The position numbers were made by a program, and so were the translations under genes. 64,000 nt of DNA from a virus. Shown piece after piece: positions 49,449-59,542 of this stretch. Each line of letters opens with the position of its first letter. Position 1 is the stretch's first letter. The stretch spans positions 32,001-96,000 of the IMG/VR virus record IMGVR_UViG_3300045012_000066. The stretch is one strand, 5' to 3'. The notes under the pieces were generated by a model. The model searched no databases and was not told the origin of the DNA. It saw only the letters and a program-made list of their open reading frames with translations.

Positions 49449-51602
49449 ATGTACTCCAACAGGACCATCGTCGATAACTTGGAGCAGTTCGAAGCGCAGG
49501 AACGGTGGATGCCTATCTACCATACCTACGACGAGGTGCGCGAGTTCATCGCCTACATCGACTCGCTGACCAAGATCGAGTCGAACTCCAAGACCAGCTA
49601 TATCTCCGTGGTGAAGCCGATCAGCGGCCAGCGCCAGAAGGACATTGCCCGCTGGGTGGAAAACGAGCAGGTGTTATGCGGCTTCGACAGCAGCTACTGG
49701 GAGCAGAACTACGCGTGGGTCTGCGACGAAAAAGGGCAGATTTTTAAATTTCATAATCGCAAATCGCAGGATGTGTTTGACGCTGTCATCGCCGACTTCG
49801 ATGAGCGGCAGGTCTCTATCGAATTACTAATCCTGAAGGCACGGCAGGTGGGCATCTCCACCAAGACGGCGCTGAAATTTATTCACCGGCTGATGTTCAT
49901 CCCGCACACGCAGGCGGTGATGGCGTCGGTGATGAAAGAAAAGTCGGAACTGATCGGGCGCATCCTCGATACCGCGTACAATCGCTCGCCATGGTGGCTG
50001 GTGCCGCGCCGCATGCCGAAGCGGTCGTTCGACAACGGCTCCATCCTCTCCATTCAATCCGGTATGCAGGCCACTGGACTGGCGCAAGGCTGGACGCCCA
50101 CCTGCGTCCATGTTTCCGAGCTTGCTGACGTTCCGAATCCCAAGGTCACCATCGAGGAAGGATTGTTCCGCGCCGCGCACTCATCCAGAAACCTGTTCAT
50201 GGTTCTCGAAGGAACGGGTGGCGGCAACACCGGATGGCTGGCGGAGACATGGAGAGCGGCGAAGGCGGATTGGCCCAAGGGGCTGGCTCGTCTGTTCCCT
50301 ATGTTTATCCCTTGGCCCATGTGCCCGGACATCTATCCGGAGCCGGACTGGCTCAGAAAATTCCCCGTGCCCGCCGAGTTCGAGAGCCGCCAGATGCACG
50401 ACATCACGCGGAAACACGTGACCAAGTGTGAGTCGTATATCCGTAACACGCCCTACCTCGCCAAAATCGCTGGCACTGGCTGGCGCATGCCGGTCGAGCA
50501 GAAGTGGTTCTGGCAGTTCTACTACGACGCGGCCTGCAAGAACCACACGCAGAAGACGTGGTCTGCGCAGATGCCCGCCGACGATTATGAGGCGCTGACC
50601 GGCGTGCATGACACCGTCTTCGATCCCGAAGTGCTGGCCGAGGTGGAAGACCGTATCTACGAAGTCGAATCCGACGACTACAAGCGCAAGCGCAAACAGC
50701 CGGTCGAGATATACGCCATCACCGGCCACGATGTAGACGAGGTCTTCTACCCGCCAGAAGAGCGCATTGACTGGGAAAAAGAAGTGGTACGCGTCGAGTG
50801 GGACTCATATCGCGGCCACCACTACGAGTGGGACATGATTCCACTGCTCACGCTGGACGAAGACAACGAGCGGAACACTCTGGACTACCTGCTGATCTAC
50901 GAATGGCCCAAGAGGGGACAGCGCTACTCCTGCGGGATCGACACGGCAGACGGGCTGGGCAAAGAAGACGAAGAGCGCACCTGTCTGTCGGTGGCCAAAA
51001 ACCGCTTTGGGGGAGACTGCGACCAGCAGGTCGCCGAGCTTACGTCGAATCGTATCAACTCCGCGCAGGTCGTCGCCTTTGCCGCCTGCGTAGGAGCGCT
51101 GTACGGGCCAGCCTGCCCGGATGCGAGGGGTATGAAGTACTGCATCGAGCAGATTCAGGGGCCGGGAGACACCTGCCAACACCAGTTGAAGATGATGGGC
51201 TTCTTCAATCACCATATCCCGCGCCGTTACGACTCGAAAAAGATCAGAGACGAGTCATCGAGAAAAGAAGGCTTCTATGCCAGCACGTGGTCCATTCCCC
51301 TGCTCATGACGCGATTCGTCGAGGCAGTGAATGGCGGCTGGTACGAGCCACGGTCGAAGTGGCTCATCGAGGAGTTGCGCACGCTGGAGCGCCACGTCAC
51401 TACCAACAAATCAAAAATGGAGCACCAGACCGGCAAGTTTGATGATCGCGTACGCGGCGCGGCGATGTCGTACTTCACCGCGCACGACATGGACGTGCTG
51501 ACGGATCGGGCACAGAAACGCTACGCGCTGCCGGTGAACAAGCGGCCCGTGGCCTACAAAGCGGCGTGTAGCGCCAGTCGGGCATCAGTGGGGAATTGGT
51601 GA
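49449..51602 (+). CDS. terL: Terminase large subunit
   Basis: Walker A ILKARQVGIST, Walker B VHVSELAD, coupling motif VLEGTG, nuclease GIDTADG and FDDRV. Confidence 0.92.
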   Translation: MYSNRTIVDNLEQFEAQERWMPIYHTYDEVREFIAYIDSLTKIESNSKTSYISVVKPISGQRQKDIARWVENEQVLCGFDSSYWEQNYAWVCDEKGQIFKFHNRKSQDVFDAVIADFDERQVSIELLILKARQVGISTKTALKFIHRLMFIPHTQAVMASVMKEKSELIGRILDTAYNRSPWWLVPRRMPKRSFDNGSILSIQSGMQATGLAQGWTPTCVHVSELADVPNPKVTIEEGLFRAAHSSRNLFMVLEGTGGGNTGWLAETWRAAKADWPKGLARLFPMFIPWPMCPDIYPEPDWLRKFPVPAEFESRQMHDITRKHVTKCESYIRNTPYLAKIAGTGWRMPVEQKWFWQFYYDAACKNHTQKTWSAQMPADDYEALTGVHDTVFDPEVLAEVEDRIYEVESDDYKRKRKQPVEIYAITGHDVDEVFYPPEERIDWEKEVVRVEWDSYRGHHYEWDMIPLLTLDEDNERNTLDYLLIYEWPKRGQRYSCGIDTADGLGKEDEERTCLSVAKNRFGGDCDQQVAELTSNRINSAQVVAFAACVGALYGPACPDARGMKYCIEQIQGPGDTCQHQLKMMGFFNHHIPRRYDSKKIRDESSRKEGFYASTWSIPLLMTRFVEAVNGGWYEPRSKWLIEELRTLERHVTTNKSKMEHQTGKFDDRVRGAAMSYFTAHDMDVLTDRAQKRYALPVNKRPVAYKAACSASRASVGNW

Positions 51603-51991
51603 TGAAAAATACGCAGCTAAGAAATAAGGTCGTGTACTGGGTGGACCGGAACCAGCAGCTTTACATGGGCCTGCCGGAACAGTTTCCCGCGCCATTCGGG
51701 ATGGAAAGAATTATCTGCGCCACTGCCCAGCAGGCCGAGTACTGGTCGAAGCGTATGCGCGAGCAGGAGCGAGTCAGAGAAGAGGCGAAGGACGAGGAGC
51801 GCGAGAAGGTCGAGGGGCCGATCCGTAAAAACCTGCGCAGCCACATCCTGCATCTGGCCGGGAATGCCCGCAACAACATGAACCGCGATTTTCTTCTGAT
51901 GCACCTTCGCCAGTACGACCAGCGTGCGGACCTCACGAAGACGAGGCGGACCAGCTATCTGCACAGCGAAGCGTTTGAGCAAGGGCGTTAA
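51599..51991 (+). CDS. Hypothetical protein between TerL and portal
   Basis: ORF coupled to both neighbours. Confidence 0.65.
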   Translation: MMKNTQLRNKVVYWVDRNQQLYMGLPEQFPAPFGMERIICATAQQAEYWSKRMREQERVREEAKDEEREKVEGPIRKNLRSHILHLAGNARNNMNRDFLLMHLRQYDQRADLTKTRRTSYLHSEAFEQGR

Positions 51992-51993
51992 TT

Positions 51994-54093
51994 ATGCCGG
52001 TCATTCTCGAAAGCGCGGGATACGTAAATTCGGCCAGTGATCGGACGTACTGGGCTGCGCCGAAATTCGAATCGCATCCCAGTGCCATCTTCGGTTGGGT
52101 CGAGGAGCAGATTCAGGAAGGTGAAGGCTTTCTGGAGGGCCAGCAATGCTATCGGGAATGGGCCTCCAACCTGCGCGTGTTTAATGCGATCTTCCGCGAC
52201 ACCACCAAATCGAAGCTGGTCACCAACGAGCTTAAGTACGACATCCGCAAGTTCTGCGAGACGCTGGCGCAGGTAAGAGAGATTGCCGGGTATGCCTCCG
52301 ACTTCCCCGGATTTAAAAAGATGGCCGACATGCTGTCGAAAGTCTCCAAGGCCGTCTATCACGAATCCGATTTCCCTTTTCAAATCCTGAAGGTTCTCCA
52401 GTACGCCAGCGTGATGGGCATCGGTTACCTGTGGCCCAAGGTGCGAGCCGACGAGTACGGCTACGGCGAAAGGAAGATGGAGTTCGACGCGCTGGGACTG
52501 CTGGATGTGGTCCCGGTGCAGATACCGCCACGCACCAACAACGTGCAGGACGCGTACGCGATCACTCTGTACGACTACATGCCCATCGCGGAGGCGTGTA
52601 CAAGGTATCCACTGTTTCAGGGTGACATTCAAACGGTCGGCCCGCGCAACTTCAGTACGCGCTTGCAGGCCCGTCGCCTCGACTTTGCGGAGCGCACCCG
52701 CTACGGTCAGCAGGGCAGGAGCTTCGGCGATCTCTACGCGGAAATCCGCTGGACTTTCATTCGCGACACCCGCATCAACACCACCGGCTACGAGCTTCCC
52801 ATGGGGGATTTGGGAACGACGTGGTTCTACAAGGTGCCCTTCGTCGGCCAGCAGATTCTCGGCGGCGTCTTCAATGGGCAGCCCTACATGCGTTCTGCCA
52901 CTCCGGAAGACTGCCGCGTCTATCCCAACCTGCGGCTGATCATCACTTCGTCCGGCATGAACAAGCCGATGTACGACGGCCCCGGATTCGACTGGGATTC
53001 GAAGATGCCGGTCATTCAGTACACCGTGGACGACTGGGCATGGGAGCCGCTGGGCCGCTCGCTGGTGGGTGACGTTTCTACGATTGAAGTCACCACGCGC
53101 AAGATCGAGCGCAAGATGGACGCGGTCATCACCGTCACGCTCAATCCGCCGCTGGGCTACAACAATACGGAAACCGGTGGTCCCAAGATCGAGCACTTTG
53201 ACATCTTTGAAGAGGATGTTCGTCTGGGCGTGGATGGCAAGCCGCGTGAGACGTTGCAGTCGGTGCTACCCGACAGTGTGCGCGTCGAGGGCGAACATTT
53301 TAATTTCCTGAAGTACCTGAAGGAAGCCAAGCAGAGCCAGCTTGGCCTGACCGATCTCGGCAACCTTCAGAATATGAAGATGAATCTCGCCAACGACACC
53401 GCAGATAAGATGCTGGAGTCGATTGGACCCATTGCCAAAGGTATCGCGGCCCGCATCGAGCGCGGCAACAAGGCGGTTGGCCAGCGGATGAAATTCCTGA
53501 TCCTTCAGTGGTTCGACGTACGCAGGATCATGGAGTACGTAGGTCCGGAAAACATCGCCCCGGAAACCTTTGACTACAATCCGGACGATCTTGTTCCCAG
53601 CCACATGCCCAACGAAATGATATCCGGCAACTTCCCCAGCGGCGCGTCGCAGTACACGCAGCTTGATCGAGCGCGGTGGTTTGCCCGGAATATTCGTCTC
53701 ATCTCCGTACCCAGCACATTGCTGAAGATTACCCAGATGCAGCGTCAGTTGATGATGCTGCAACTGAAGCGCGGTGGTGCGCCGCTCTCATGGCTCACGG
53801 TGTTCCAGAATATGGACATCGCGAATCCGGAACGGGAGATCGAGAACAGCTTCAAGGAAGATGCCAAGCTGCAAGAGATGAAGATCATGGAACAAATCTC
53901 CATCATGGCGAAGCTGAAGGAGATGGGCGTCGATCCTCAGGCGTTGATGGGCGGTGGCGAAGGCGGCGGTGGCGGAGCAGCTAAAGGACAAGGCAAGGGC
54001 GGCGGTAGACCATCGAGTGCGCAGAGAGCGCCGCGACTGGGAACCAAAGGTGCTGCCGGTGGTCAGCCACGCACCGTAGTGAAAGAGTCGTAA
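51994..54093 (+). CDS. Portal protein
   Basis: 699 aa, position after TerL, helical, Gly/basic C-terminal tail typical of podovirus-like portals. Confidence 0.8.
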   Translation: MPVILESAGYVNSASDRTYWAAPKFESHPSAIFGWVEEQIQEGEGFLEGQQCYREWASNLRVFNAIFRDTTKSKLVTNELKYDIRKFCETLAQVREIAGYASDFPGFKKMADMLSKVSKAVYHESDFPFQILKVLQYASVMGIGYLWPKVRADEYGYGERKMEFDALGLLDVVPVQIPPRTNNVQDAYAITLYDYMPIAEACTRYPLFQGDIQTVGPRNFSTRLQARRLDFAERTRYGQQGRSFGDLYAEIRWTFIRDTRINTTGYELPMGDLGTTWFYKVPFVGQQILGGVFNGQPYMRSATPEDCRVYPNLRLIITSSGMNKPMYDGPGFDWDSKMPVIQYTVDDWAWEPLGRSLVGDVSTIEVTTRKIERKMDAVITVTLNPPLGYNNTETGGPKIEHFDIFEEDVRLGVDGKPRETLQSVLPDSVRVEGEHFNFLKYLKEAKQSQLGLTDLGNLQNMKMNLANDTADKMLESIGPIAKGIAARIERGNKAVGQRMKFLILQWFDVRRIMEYVGPENIAPETFDYNPDDLVPSHMPNEMISGNFPSGASQYTQLDRARWFARNIRLISVPSTLLKITQMQRQLMMLQLKRGGAPLSWLTVFQNMDIANPEREIENSFKEDAKLQEMKIMEQISIMAKLKEMGVDPQALMGGGEGGGGGAAKGQGKGGGRPSSAQRAPRLGTKGAAGGQPRTVVKES

Positions 54094-54117
54094 GATTAAA
54101 CTTCCGGGAGAATGGTC

Positions 54118-54396
54118 ATGGCAATAAAGCTCCAGACGCAGAACGATTACCTGCTTACCGAAGTAGTTATCGATATACCTCCTGACCGAACGGAGCAAAA
54201 TAAGCTGCTGAGCGAGATCGATGCCCTGATGAGGGCGTCGCGTGGCACAGGTAAAGTGGTTGCACAGTACTCCAGCGGCGGGTTAAACGGAATTAATGTG
54301 GAGCAGCGATCAAAAATTCGCGGTGCAGTCGCAGATAGAGTGCGCGACCTCGTTGGTATCGAGAGCGTAGAAATAAATAATGGCTACCATAAGTAA
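54118..54396 (+). CDS. Hypothetical protein
   Basis: ORF with CCGGGAGA SD. Confidence 0.6.
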   Translation: MAIKLQTQNDYLLTEVVIDIPPDRTEQNKLLSEIDALMRASRGTGKVVAQYSSGGLNGINVEQRSKIRGAVADRVRDLVGIESVEINNGYHK

Positions 54397-54568
54397 GCTG
54401 CTGCGCCTAACTGCGCCTGATCTGCGCCTATCTTCCATACCTTTGAGTTAAGCTCGCAAGTATTGCAGATTCTGCAAAATAAAATCTTGACGACAGGGAA
54501 TAGTTAGGCTTAGGTTTTTATGAAGATAAGTTGAGACGCAGACTCCTCAGTAGGTACTGGGATAGGTC

Positions 54569-54596
54569 ATGGCTCTGGCGGAAACGCTAGGGCCAT
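54569..54596 (+). promoter_or_regulatory. Late-leader hairpin 2 (homologous to 49405-49434)
   Basis: ATGGCTCTGGCG-GAAA-CGCTAGGGCCAT, 12 bp with two G-U pairs; TTGACG at 54487. Confidence 0.65.
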
Positions 54597-54635
54597 TTTC
54601 ATTTGACCTAGCCCCAACCGAAAAAGGAGACTACC

Positions 54636-54740
54636 ATGGCCGGTCGTCGTCGTCACACCGCTGCTGTAACCCACATCAGGAAAGTCACCCGCAAGCGCCG
54701 CACCCGTCGTAGCGGCAAGCGGTCAGCCATCAAGGCGTAG
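54636..54740 (+). CDS. 34-aa protamine-like basic peptide (absent from the ORF track)
   Basis: AAGGAG SD; MAGRRRHTAAVTHIRKVTRKRRTRRSGKRSAIKA, 14 of 34 residues R/K. Confidence 0.75.
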   Translation: MAGRRRHTAAVTHIRKVTRKRRTRRSGKRSAIKA

Positions 54741-54767
54741 TTGTAGCCCACCGTTCGAGGTCAATCG

Positions 54768-55088
54768 ATGGCTACAGCACCGCCAATGCCGGATCAAGGA
54801 GCACAGGGAGCGCCGCCACCCCCGCAGGGTGGTGGTGCCCCTCCTCCTCCTCCCGACCAGAACGGGCAACAGCCCGGTCAGGGAGATCAGCCGCAGTCTT
54901 CGTTTCAAGCTCCCGCAAATCCTATCCAGATACTCCTCGCGAAATGGTCCAAGGTGGCCGAGCAAATGGCCGCTGCCGATCCTCGTCTCGCGGCGGGTGC
55001 GCAGAAGGTGCGCGAGGGCATTCGCGACATGCAGCAGGCCATGATCACGCCACAGCAACCGACGCCGCTGGGGCAGCAGCCTCAGTAA
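54768..55088 (+). CDS. Pro/Gln-rich head-region protein
   Basis: GAGG SD; low-complexity N-terminus and helical C-terminus. Confidence 0.7.
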   Translation: MATAPPMPDQGAQGAPPPPQGGGAPPPPPDQNGQQPGQGDQPQSSFQAPANPIQILLAKWSKVAEQMAAADPRLAAGAQKVREGIRDMQQAMITPQQPTPLGQQPQ

Positions 55089-55127
55089 TCAATCAACCGC
55101 CTGTTTATTTCCGGGAGAAATAAAAAT

Positions 55128-56081
55128 ATGCCAACCGTTGAAGAGGTTTTGAGACAAAGCGGATTTACGGATCAGCAGATCAGCGAGATGGATGCGCGAG
55201 CGATCACTGCCTTTACCGGCGTGCTCGGCCAAGCAGAGAAAGAACGGCAGGAAGCCAAGGCTGCGCAGGACGCAGCCGAACTCGCACAGCGTAGCAACGT
55301 CGATTTTTACGAAAACCGCATCGCGCCCAGCCTGACAGCGTGGGAAGAAGAGAAGCAGCGGCTCGAAAACGACCGCGCCAAGGCGAATGCGGAAGCGGCC
55401 TTCTATCGCGTGCAGGCCGAAGAGGCCAAGAAAACCGGCTTTATCCCTGCCGAAGCTCCCGGATTCGATCCCGCCAAGTTCGCTCCTCCCGCAAATGGTC
55501 AGGTCCGCGATCCGAATAACGGTCGCTACGTGGCTGGCGTACCCGGTGCGACCCCCGGTTCCCCAACTTTCAATGTGAATGAGTTTGCTGCTAAAGCAGG
55601 TGATGCCATGGGCATCATCGCGGATATCAACTGGAACTACCAAACATTGTTCGGCAAGCCGCTCCCCGTTTCCCCAACGGAATTAATTAAAAAGGCCGAT
55701 GAACAAAAGCTCGATCCCATGACGTACGCGTCCCGGATATTTAATTTCGACGCCCGCCGACAGGAGCTTCAGAAGCAGGAGCAGGAAGCCCGCGACCAGA
55801 AGCTTCGCGAGGAAGCGATAGCCCCATACGAGCAAAAGCTCAAAGAAAAGGACGAGGAGTCCAAGAAGGCTTTGGCTAACAAGGATCGCGAGTGGGCGGA
55901 GCGCACCGGCAACAACCCCGATATACGCAGGCCGCAGGACAACGCCCAGATGTCATCCATTGCCAAGGCGGCGAAAACCGACCCCGCGAATTTCGACCCC
56001 TTGTTATTGAACGATCAGCAGCGCAGGTCGCTGACCGCGCAGATGATCCGCAAGGACATGGAAGCCAATACAGCCGCGTGA
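55128..56081 (+). CDS. Probable capsid scaffolding protein
   Basis: Coiled-coil, charged, directly upstream of the major capsid gene. Confidence 0.7.
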   Translation: MPTVEEVLRQSGFTDQQISEMDARAITAFTGVLGQAEKERQEAKAAQDAAELAQRSNVDFYENRIAPSLTAWEEEKQRLENDRAKANAEAAFYRVQAEEAKKTGFIPAEAPGFDPAKFAPPANGQVRDPNNGRYVAGVPGATPGSPTFNVNEFAAKAGDAMGIIADINWNYQTLFGKPLPVSPTELIKKADEQKLDPMTYASRIFNFDARRQELQKQEQEARDQKLREEAIAPYEQKLKEKDEESKKALANKDREWAERTGNNPDIRRPQDNAQMSSIAKAAKTDPANFDPLLLNDQQRRSLTAQMIRKDMEANTAA

Positions 56082-56130
56082 CCTGCGGCGGACGAAGTTT
56101 TGAAGTTACCGACGATAGGAGATATCAGCC

Positions 56131-57372
56131 ATGCCGACCGATCCGCTTTACAACGAGATAGACGCCAGTAACTTAGAGTCTGTCCGGCGCAATGTGGTAT
56201 TCAACAACCTATTCGTCGGCACCCCCTTTCAGGCGAAGCTGCGACGCGCTGGCGTATGGGATGAGTTCCTTGGCGGCGCGGGCATGATGGAAGGCATCCT
56301 GTACGGTCGCACCCAAGGCGCGGCTGTCAATCCCGGCCAGACCATCACGGTCACCCGCCAGCAGATCAACACCGGAATTAAATTCCTGCCGAAGGCGTAT
56401 GCCACGTGGTATCCGCTCGACGACTGGGAGATGGATGACGGCTCGGGCACGGGCGGAGTGATCAACTCCGGCCCATCGTTGATCGTTGACTCGTACCAGC
56501 TATACATGGAGAACCTTGTCCTGACCATGAACACCATGCAGGAAATGGACTCCTTCCGGCACGGTCAGGCGTCATCGGCATTCATCACCGATAACCGGAC
56601 CAAGACCATCAACGGTCTGGACGAGGCGCTGAATAACGGGATCGATCCGTCCGTCTATGGCAACGTCTACAAGTCCTACGGCGGACAGCAGCGCAACGGC
56701 AACGTCGGCGTCGCGCTGAACTCGACACCCATCTACTGCGGCACTCCGACCGGAGGCACCGGCCAGATCGACTTCGCAGTGCTGATGCAACTGTGGTCGC
56801 AGTGCAAGGTGACAGGCGGCTCTCCTTCTCTGGGTATCACGAATGTGTTCGGCTTTAAGGCTGTCGCTATCGCACTCGATGCGCAGCGCCGCGATATTTC
56901 GAACACGCGTCACGATATCAAGTGGGATGGGCTGAACTTTAACGGTGTGGATATCTACGCCGATCCTCTGGCTCCTTCGGCGCAGGCACAGAACTACATC
57001 GCGCTTGGGTCGGCGGTCGGAGGTGGACAGGGTAACGCCAGTCTGGTGGATGGTGTTGGATCGAGCACCACGACCGTCGCTTTCACCACGCCGCAGTTCG
57101 TCAACCCGACGACTGGCGCACCGATGCCGGTATCGCCGACAGGATCGGGGTTGCCGTCCAATCAAGCCATTTCACCGGGTGAGGTTCTCTACTTCTTGGA
57201 GCCGGAGTCGTTCAAGATCAGGCCGACTAATAAGAAGGGCTGGAACTTCGGACTGCGCCGTGCGCCGATGCCGAACAACGTAAGCATCGATGCCTTGTTT
57301 ATGAGGCTGGGTATCAACCTCTATAACACGCAGCCGCGCCACAATTGCTACGCATTTAGCTTCTCCGCATAA
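56131..57372 (+). CDS. Major capsid protein (HK97 fold)
   Basis: 413 aa, position, NGLDEAL..YGG..R, ITNVFGF, YFL..ESF capsid-like motifs. Confidence 0.85.
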   Translation: MPTDPLYNEIDASNLESVRRNVVFNNLFVGTPFQAKLRRAGVWDEFLGGAGMMEGILYGRTQGAAVNPGQTITVTRQQINTGIKFLPKAYATWYPLDDWEMDDGSGTGGVINSGPSLIVDSYQLYMENLVLTMNTMQEMDSFRHGQASSAFITDNRTKTINGLDEALNNGIDPSVYGNVYKSYGGQQRNGNVGVALNSTPIYCGTPTGGTGQIDFAVLMQLWSQCKVTGGSPSLGITNVFGFKAVAIALDAQRRDISNTRHDIKWDGLNFNGVDIYADPLAPSAQAQNYIALGSAVGGGQGNASLVDGVGSSTTTVAFTTPQFVNPTTGAPMPVSPTGSGLPSNQAISPGEVLYFLEPESFKIRPTNKKGWNFGLRRAPMPNNVSIDALFMRLGINLYNTQPRHNCYAFSFSA

Positions 57373-57402
57373 CGCAGGTAAGAGGGTTCTTAGAAGGAAA
57401 CG

Positions 57403-58242
57403 ATGCCGCAGCAGCAGATCATCCCGACATGGTTGGCGTGGAACAACGCTAACTTTGCCACCGAGTCCGGCATTCAGGACTTTCGTACAGGGCAGAACTT
57501 TCCTGCCGGTGGACTAGGTCTGGGCGACTACTTCGATGCGACGGAAAAGGAAGCCAATACCGCATCCTTCCTCCAGAACGGTCTCCTTCACTCGGGTCGA
57601 TACCGCCTCGTGCAGGTGGATTCAGGTGCCACGGTTGCCAATGTCAAGACGGGCACAGTCGGCTTTATACGCCCCGGCCAGTTTTTGCAGGCGATAGCGA
57701 TTGCCGTTCCCGGCACGGGCGGGACTCCCGGTACTTACAACATCCTAGCGACACCGGGCAGCGGCGCTGGCGTCGGCGCGGCGATTCAAGTGGTGGTCGG
57801 GCCGACAGGCGGCATTCAGTCAGCAAGCGTGCTTAAGGGCGGATTTAATTATGTATACGCCGCTCCCACATTCGACCTGACCGTCACTGGTGTTACTGGC
57901 GCGGTGCTGTTATCGCGCCTGAATTCCTCGCCCAATATCGTGACGAGTTCAGACGCCGGACTTGTGCCACGTCCGGTCGTGTTTCTGAATGCAATCACGC
58001 CGGGGAACTTCGGCTTCGTGCAAGAACTAGGTCAGGCCACTGTGTTATGCGGCCCGACTGCTGGCTCCGGTACTCAGGGTCAGGGTGACTGGGTGAACGT
58101 CACCATCGCCAGCGGAACCGTAACGTCCACGCCCCTAACCGGGTCGCCGCTTGGGCTGACTGTCGGGAAAGCGTTGGAGCCGGTTTGGGCCAACACGATG
58201 TTGAAAATCTATATGACCAATATTCCGGTGGTTCAGGACTAA
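57403..58242 (+). CDS. Capsid decoration/cement-like protein, paralog A
   Basis: Gly/Thr/Val-rich; follows MCP; near-identical N-terminus to the next gene. Confidence 0.65.
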   Translation: MPQQQIIPTWLAWNNANFATESGIQDFRTGQNFPAGGLGLGDYFDATEKEANTASFLQNGLLHSGRYRLVQVDSGATVANVKTGTVGFIRPGQFLQAIAIAVPGTGGTPGTYNILATPGSGAGVGAAIQVVVGPTGGIQSASVLKGGFNYVYAAPTFDLTVTGVTGAVLLSRLNSSPNIVTSSDAGLVPRPVVFLNAITPGNFGFVQELGQATVLCGPTAGSGTQGQGDWVNVTIASGTVTSTPLTGSPLGLTVGKALEPVWANTMLKIYMTNIPVVQD

Positions 58243-58252
58243 GGAGCAAGTT

Positions 58253-59080
58253 ATGCCACAGCAACAAATCATCCCGACTTGGTTAGCTTGGAATAATGCT
58301 AACTTCGCGACTGAGTCCGGTCTTCAGGATTTAAGAACAGGTGCAAACTTTCCCGCTGGCGGTTTGGGTCTCGGCGATTACTTTGACGCAACGGAGAAGG
58401 AAGCGAACGCTGCATCCTTTGCCGCAAATGGCTTACTCCATGCGGGCCGGTATCGTCTGGTGCAGGTGGATTCCGGAGCGACGGTCGCCAACGTCAAAAC
58501 TGGCACGGTTGGCTACGCACGCGTTGGCTCGTTCGTACAGGGCGTACTTGTCTCTGCTCCCGGTACAGGTGGAACTCCGGGCACGTATAACATCCCAGCT
58601 ACACCGGGAAGCGGTGGCGGCAGCGGCGCGGTACTTACGGTCGTCGTCGGATCGACCGGCGTGATCCAGTCTGCCAGCGTGGCTCAGGGTGGATTTAATT
58701 ATGTCTCTGCGCCTACTTTCCCGCTGACTGTCACAGGTGTGACCGGCGCTACGCTATCCGCGCAATTGAATTCTTCAGCCAATCTTGTAACCAGTCAAGA
58801 CAAGGGTGTTTCAGCGCGTCCCGTGGTCTTCCTGAATGCGATTACGCCGGGGAATTTTGGCTTCGTGCAGGAGTTGGGTCTGGCCACTGTGCTGGCTGGT
58901 GCGTCTGCTGGCACTGCCGGTGTCGGCGACTGGGTGAATGTCGGCGCAGGCGGAACGGTAACGACAACTGCGGCGACCGGGTCGGCGATTGGAGCGACTA
59001 TCGGAAGCGCGGTCGATGTGGCGGTTGCGAACTCGCTGTTCAAAGCCTACCTGTCTGAGGTTCCGGTAGTTCAAGACTAA
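58253..59080 (+). CDS. Capsid decoration/cement-like protein, paralog B
   Basis: MPQQQIIPTWLAWNNANFATESG and PVVFLNAITPGNFGFVQELG shared with paralog A. Confidence 0.65.
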   Translation: MPQQQIIPTWLAWNNANFATESGLQDLRTGANFPAGGLGLGDYFDATEKEANAASFAANGLLHAGRYRLVQVDSGATVANVKTGTVGYARVGSFVQGVLVSAPGTGGTPGTYNIPATPGSGGGSGAVLTVVVGSTGVIQSASVAQGGFNYVSAPTFPLTVTGVTGATLSAQLNSSANLVTSQDKGVSARPVVFLNAITPGNFGFVQELGLATVLAGASAGTAGVGDWVNVGAGGTVTTTAATGSAIGATIGSAVDVAVANSLFKAYLSEVPVVQD

Positions 59081-59092
59081 GGAGCGGAAACG

Positions 59093-59434
59093 ATGCAACT
59101 CACATTGCTCAAAGGCTATCCCGATTTTGTCGGCAAACGAGCTACGTTTGTTGGCTGGGGAAACGGACCCGCTTCGTATAACCAGACAACCGGCGATGTA
59201 ATCAGCCTGCCGCAACGAAACTACTACATCGATGCGGTTGCAGGCGGGGTCAACAGCATAAACCTGACCACGGGTGTGATGGGCGGCTTCTATGTCAGGG
59301 CGCAGTCCTCCGGGGTGGGGCCGCGAATGACGTGGGCGCTGTTCTGGTTCACGCCAGCGGGGTTGCCGGTCGGGAACGGCGTCAACCTCTCAGGCGAGCA
59401 GGTACAGATCGGCGGGAATTGCGGCCAGTACTGA
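59093..59434 (+). CDS. Small virion structural protein (hypothetical)
   Basis: Beta-rich 113-aa ORF with AAGGAG SD. Confidence 0.6.
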   Translation: MQLTLLKGYPDFVGKRATFVGWGNGPASYNQTTGDVISLPQRNYYIDAVAGGVNSINLTTGVMGGFYVRAQSSGVGPRMTWALFWFTPAGLPVGNGVNLSGEQVQIGGNCGQY

Positions 59435-59477
59435 GGCGCAACACGAAGTCTCGACCCCTCCCGGAAGAGACACAGGC

Positions 59478-59515
59478 AAACGCCCTTGCGGGGGAGCATC
59501 TTCGCAAGGGCGTTT
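59478..59515 (+). terminator. Long hairpin after the head genes
   Basis: Perfect 13-bp stem AAACGCCCTTGCG / CGCAAGGGCGTTT with 12-nt loop. Confidence 0.6.
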
Positions 59516-59542
59516 GAGTTATAGGGGCAAAGGAGAAACGTC

